A stretch of 23,432 nucleotides of DNA. It comes from a virus. Positions 23,240-23,432 of the stretch are shown here, piece after piece (the stretch's first letter is position 1; each line of letters starts with the position of its first letter). Under the pieces are notes generated by a model. It saw nothing but the letters and a program-made list of their open reading frames with translations. It made no database searches and was not told where the DNA came from. The stretch lies in the UHGV virus genome UHGV-0174115, one strand, 5' to 3'. The translations under genes and the position numbers were made by a program.

Positions 23240-23432
23240 GGGGATTGTCCTCGTATTGTTTCAACATGACTAAATTCTAACATTTCAGATGAATAATTGC
23301 ACTGGTGATACACGCTGTTTACAACGTTACCGAATATCTCAGAAAGATTCTTGATCGGTTCAACAGCAGTCGTTACTGGTTCAACAGCAGTCGTTACTGG
23401 TTCAACAGCAGTCGTTACTGGTTCAACAGCAG
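23236..23432 (-). CDS. Hypothetical head-region protein, 3' end only (5' end outside window), with C-terminal AVEPVTT heptapeptide repeats
   Basis: Minus-strand frame open from window edge to TGA at 23236-23238: ...AVEPVTTAVEPVTTAVEPVTTAVEPIKNLSEIFGNVVNSVYHQCNYSSEMLEFSHVETIRGQSP*. Position suggests portal or a minor head protein but this is not verifiable here. Confidence 0.5.
   Translation of the reverse strand, partial: AVEPVTTAVEPVTTAVEPVTTAVEPIKNLSEIFGNVVNSVYHQCNYSSEMLEFSHVETIRGQSP
23357..23432 (-). repeat. 21-nt perfect tandem repeat (ggttcaacagcagtcgttact, 3.6 copies, cut by window edge)
   Basis: Direct read; in frame on the minus strand, encoding AVEPVTT repeats. Confidence 0.8.

Noticed and set aside
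23357-23432. Possible CRISPR array from the regular 21-nt repeats
   Set aside because: Copies are directly adjacent with no spacers and sit in frame in a coding region; this is a tandem coding repeat.
1-23432. Integrase, attachment site or host-gene flanks indicating a prophage boundary
   Set aside because: Nothing resembling a recombinase, tRNA attachment site or host metabolic gene was seen; prophage versus virion origin cannot be decided from this window.

Overview
The window reads as a contiguous piece of a tailed dsDNA phage or prophage genome with lambda-like siphovirus morphogenesis gene order; no integrase, tRNA, CRISPR array or obvious host gene was seen. Plus strand, 1-4378: an early/DNA-metabolism block with a compact family-B DNA-polymerase-like gene, a DUF4406-like gene overlapping a phage Dam methyltransferase, and several small unknown ORFs. 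Minus strand, 4358-5778: a lysis cassette (M15 endolysin, overlapped i-/o-spanin pair, two small membrane proteins). Plus strand, 5805-8411: a single inverted tailspike gene with a beta-helix region and a C-terminal intramolecular-chaperone domain. Minus strand, 8412-23432: one long structural operon running head to tail tip (XkdF-like protein, scaffold-like, decoration-like, major capsid, neck proteins, major tail, frameshifted chaperone pair, tape measure, tip proteins). The most unusual item is a ~480-bp non-coding, highly structured island inside the structural operon (19240-19718). All calls rest on reading ORFs, motifs and gene order by eye; no database search or folding was run, so family assignments are motif-level recollection and need confirmation.
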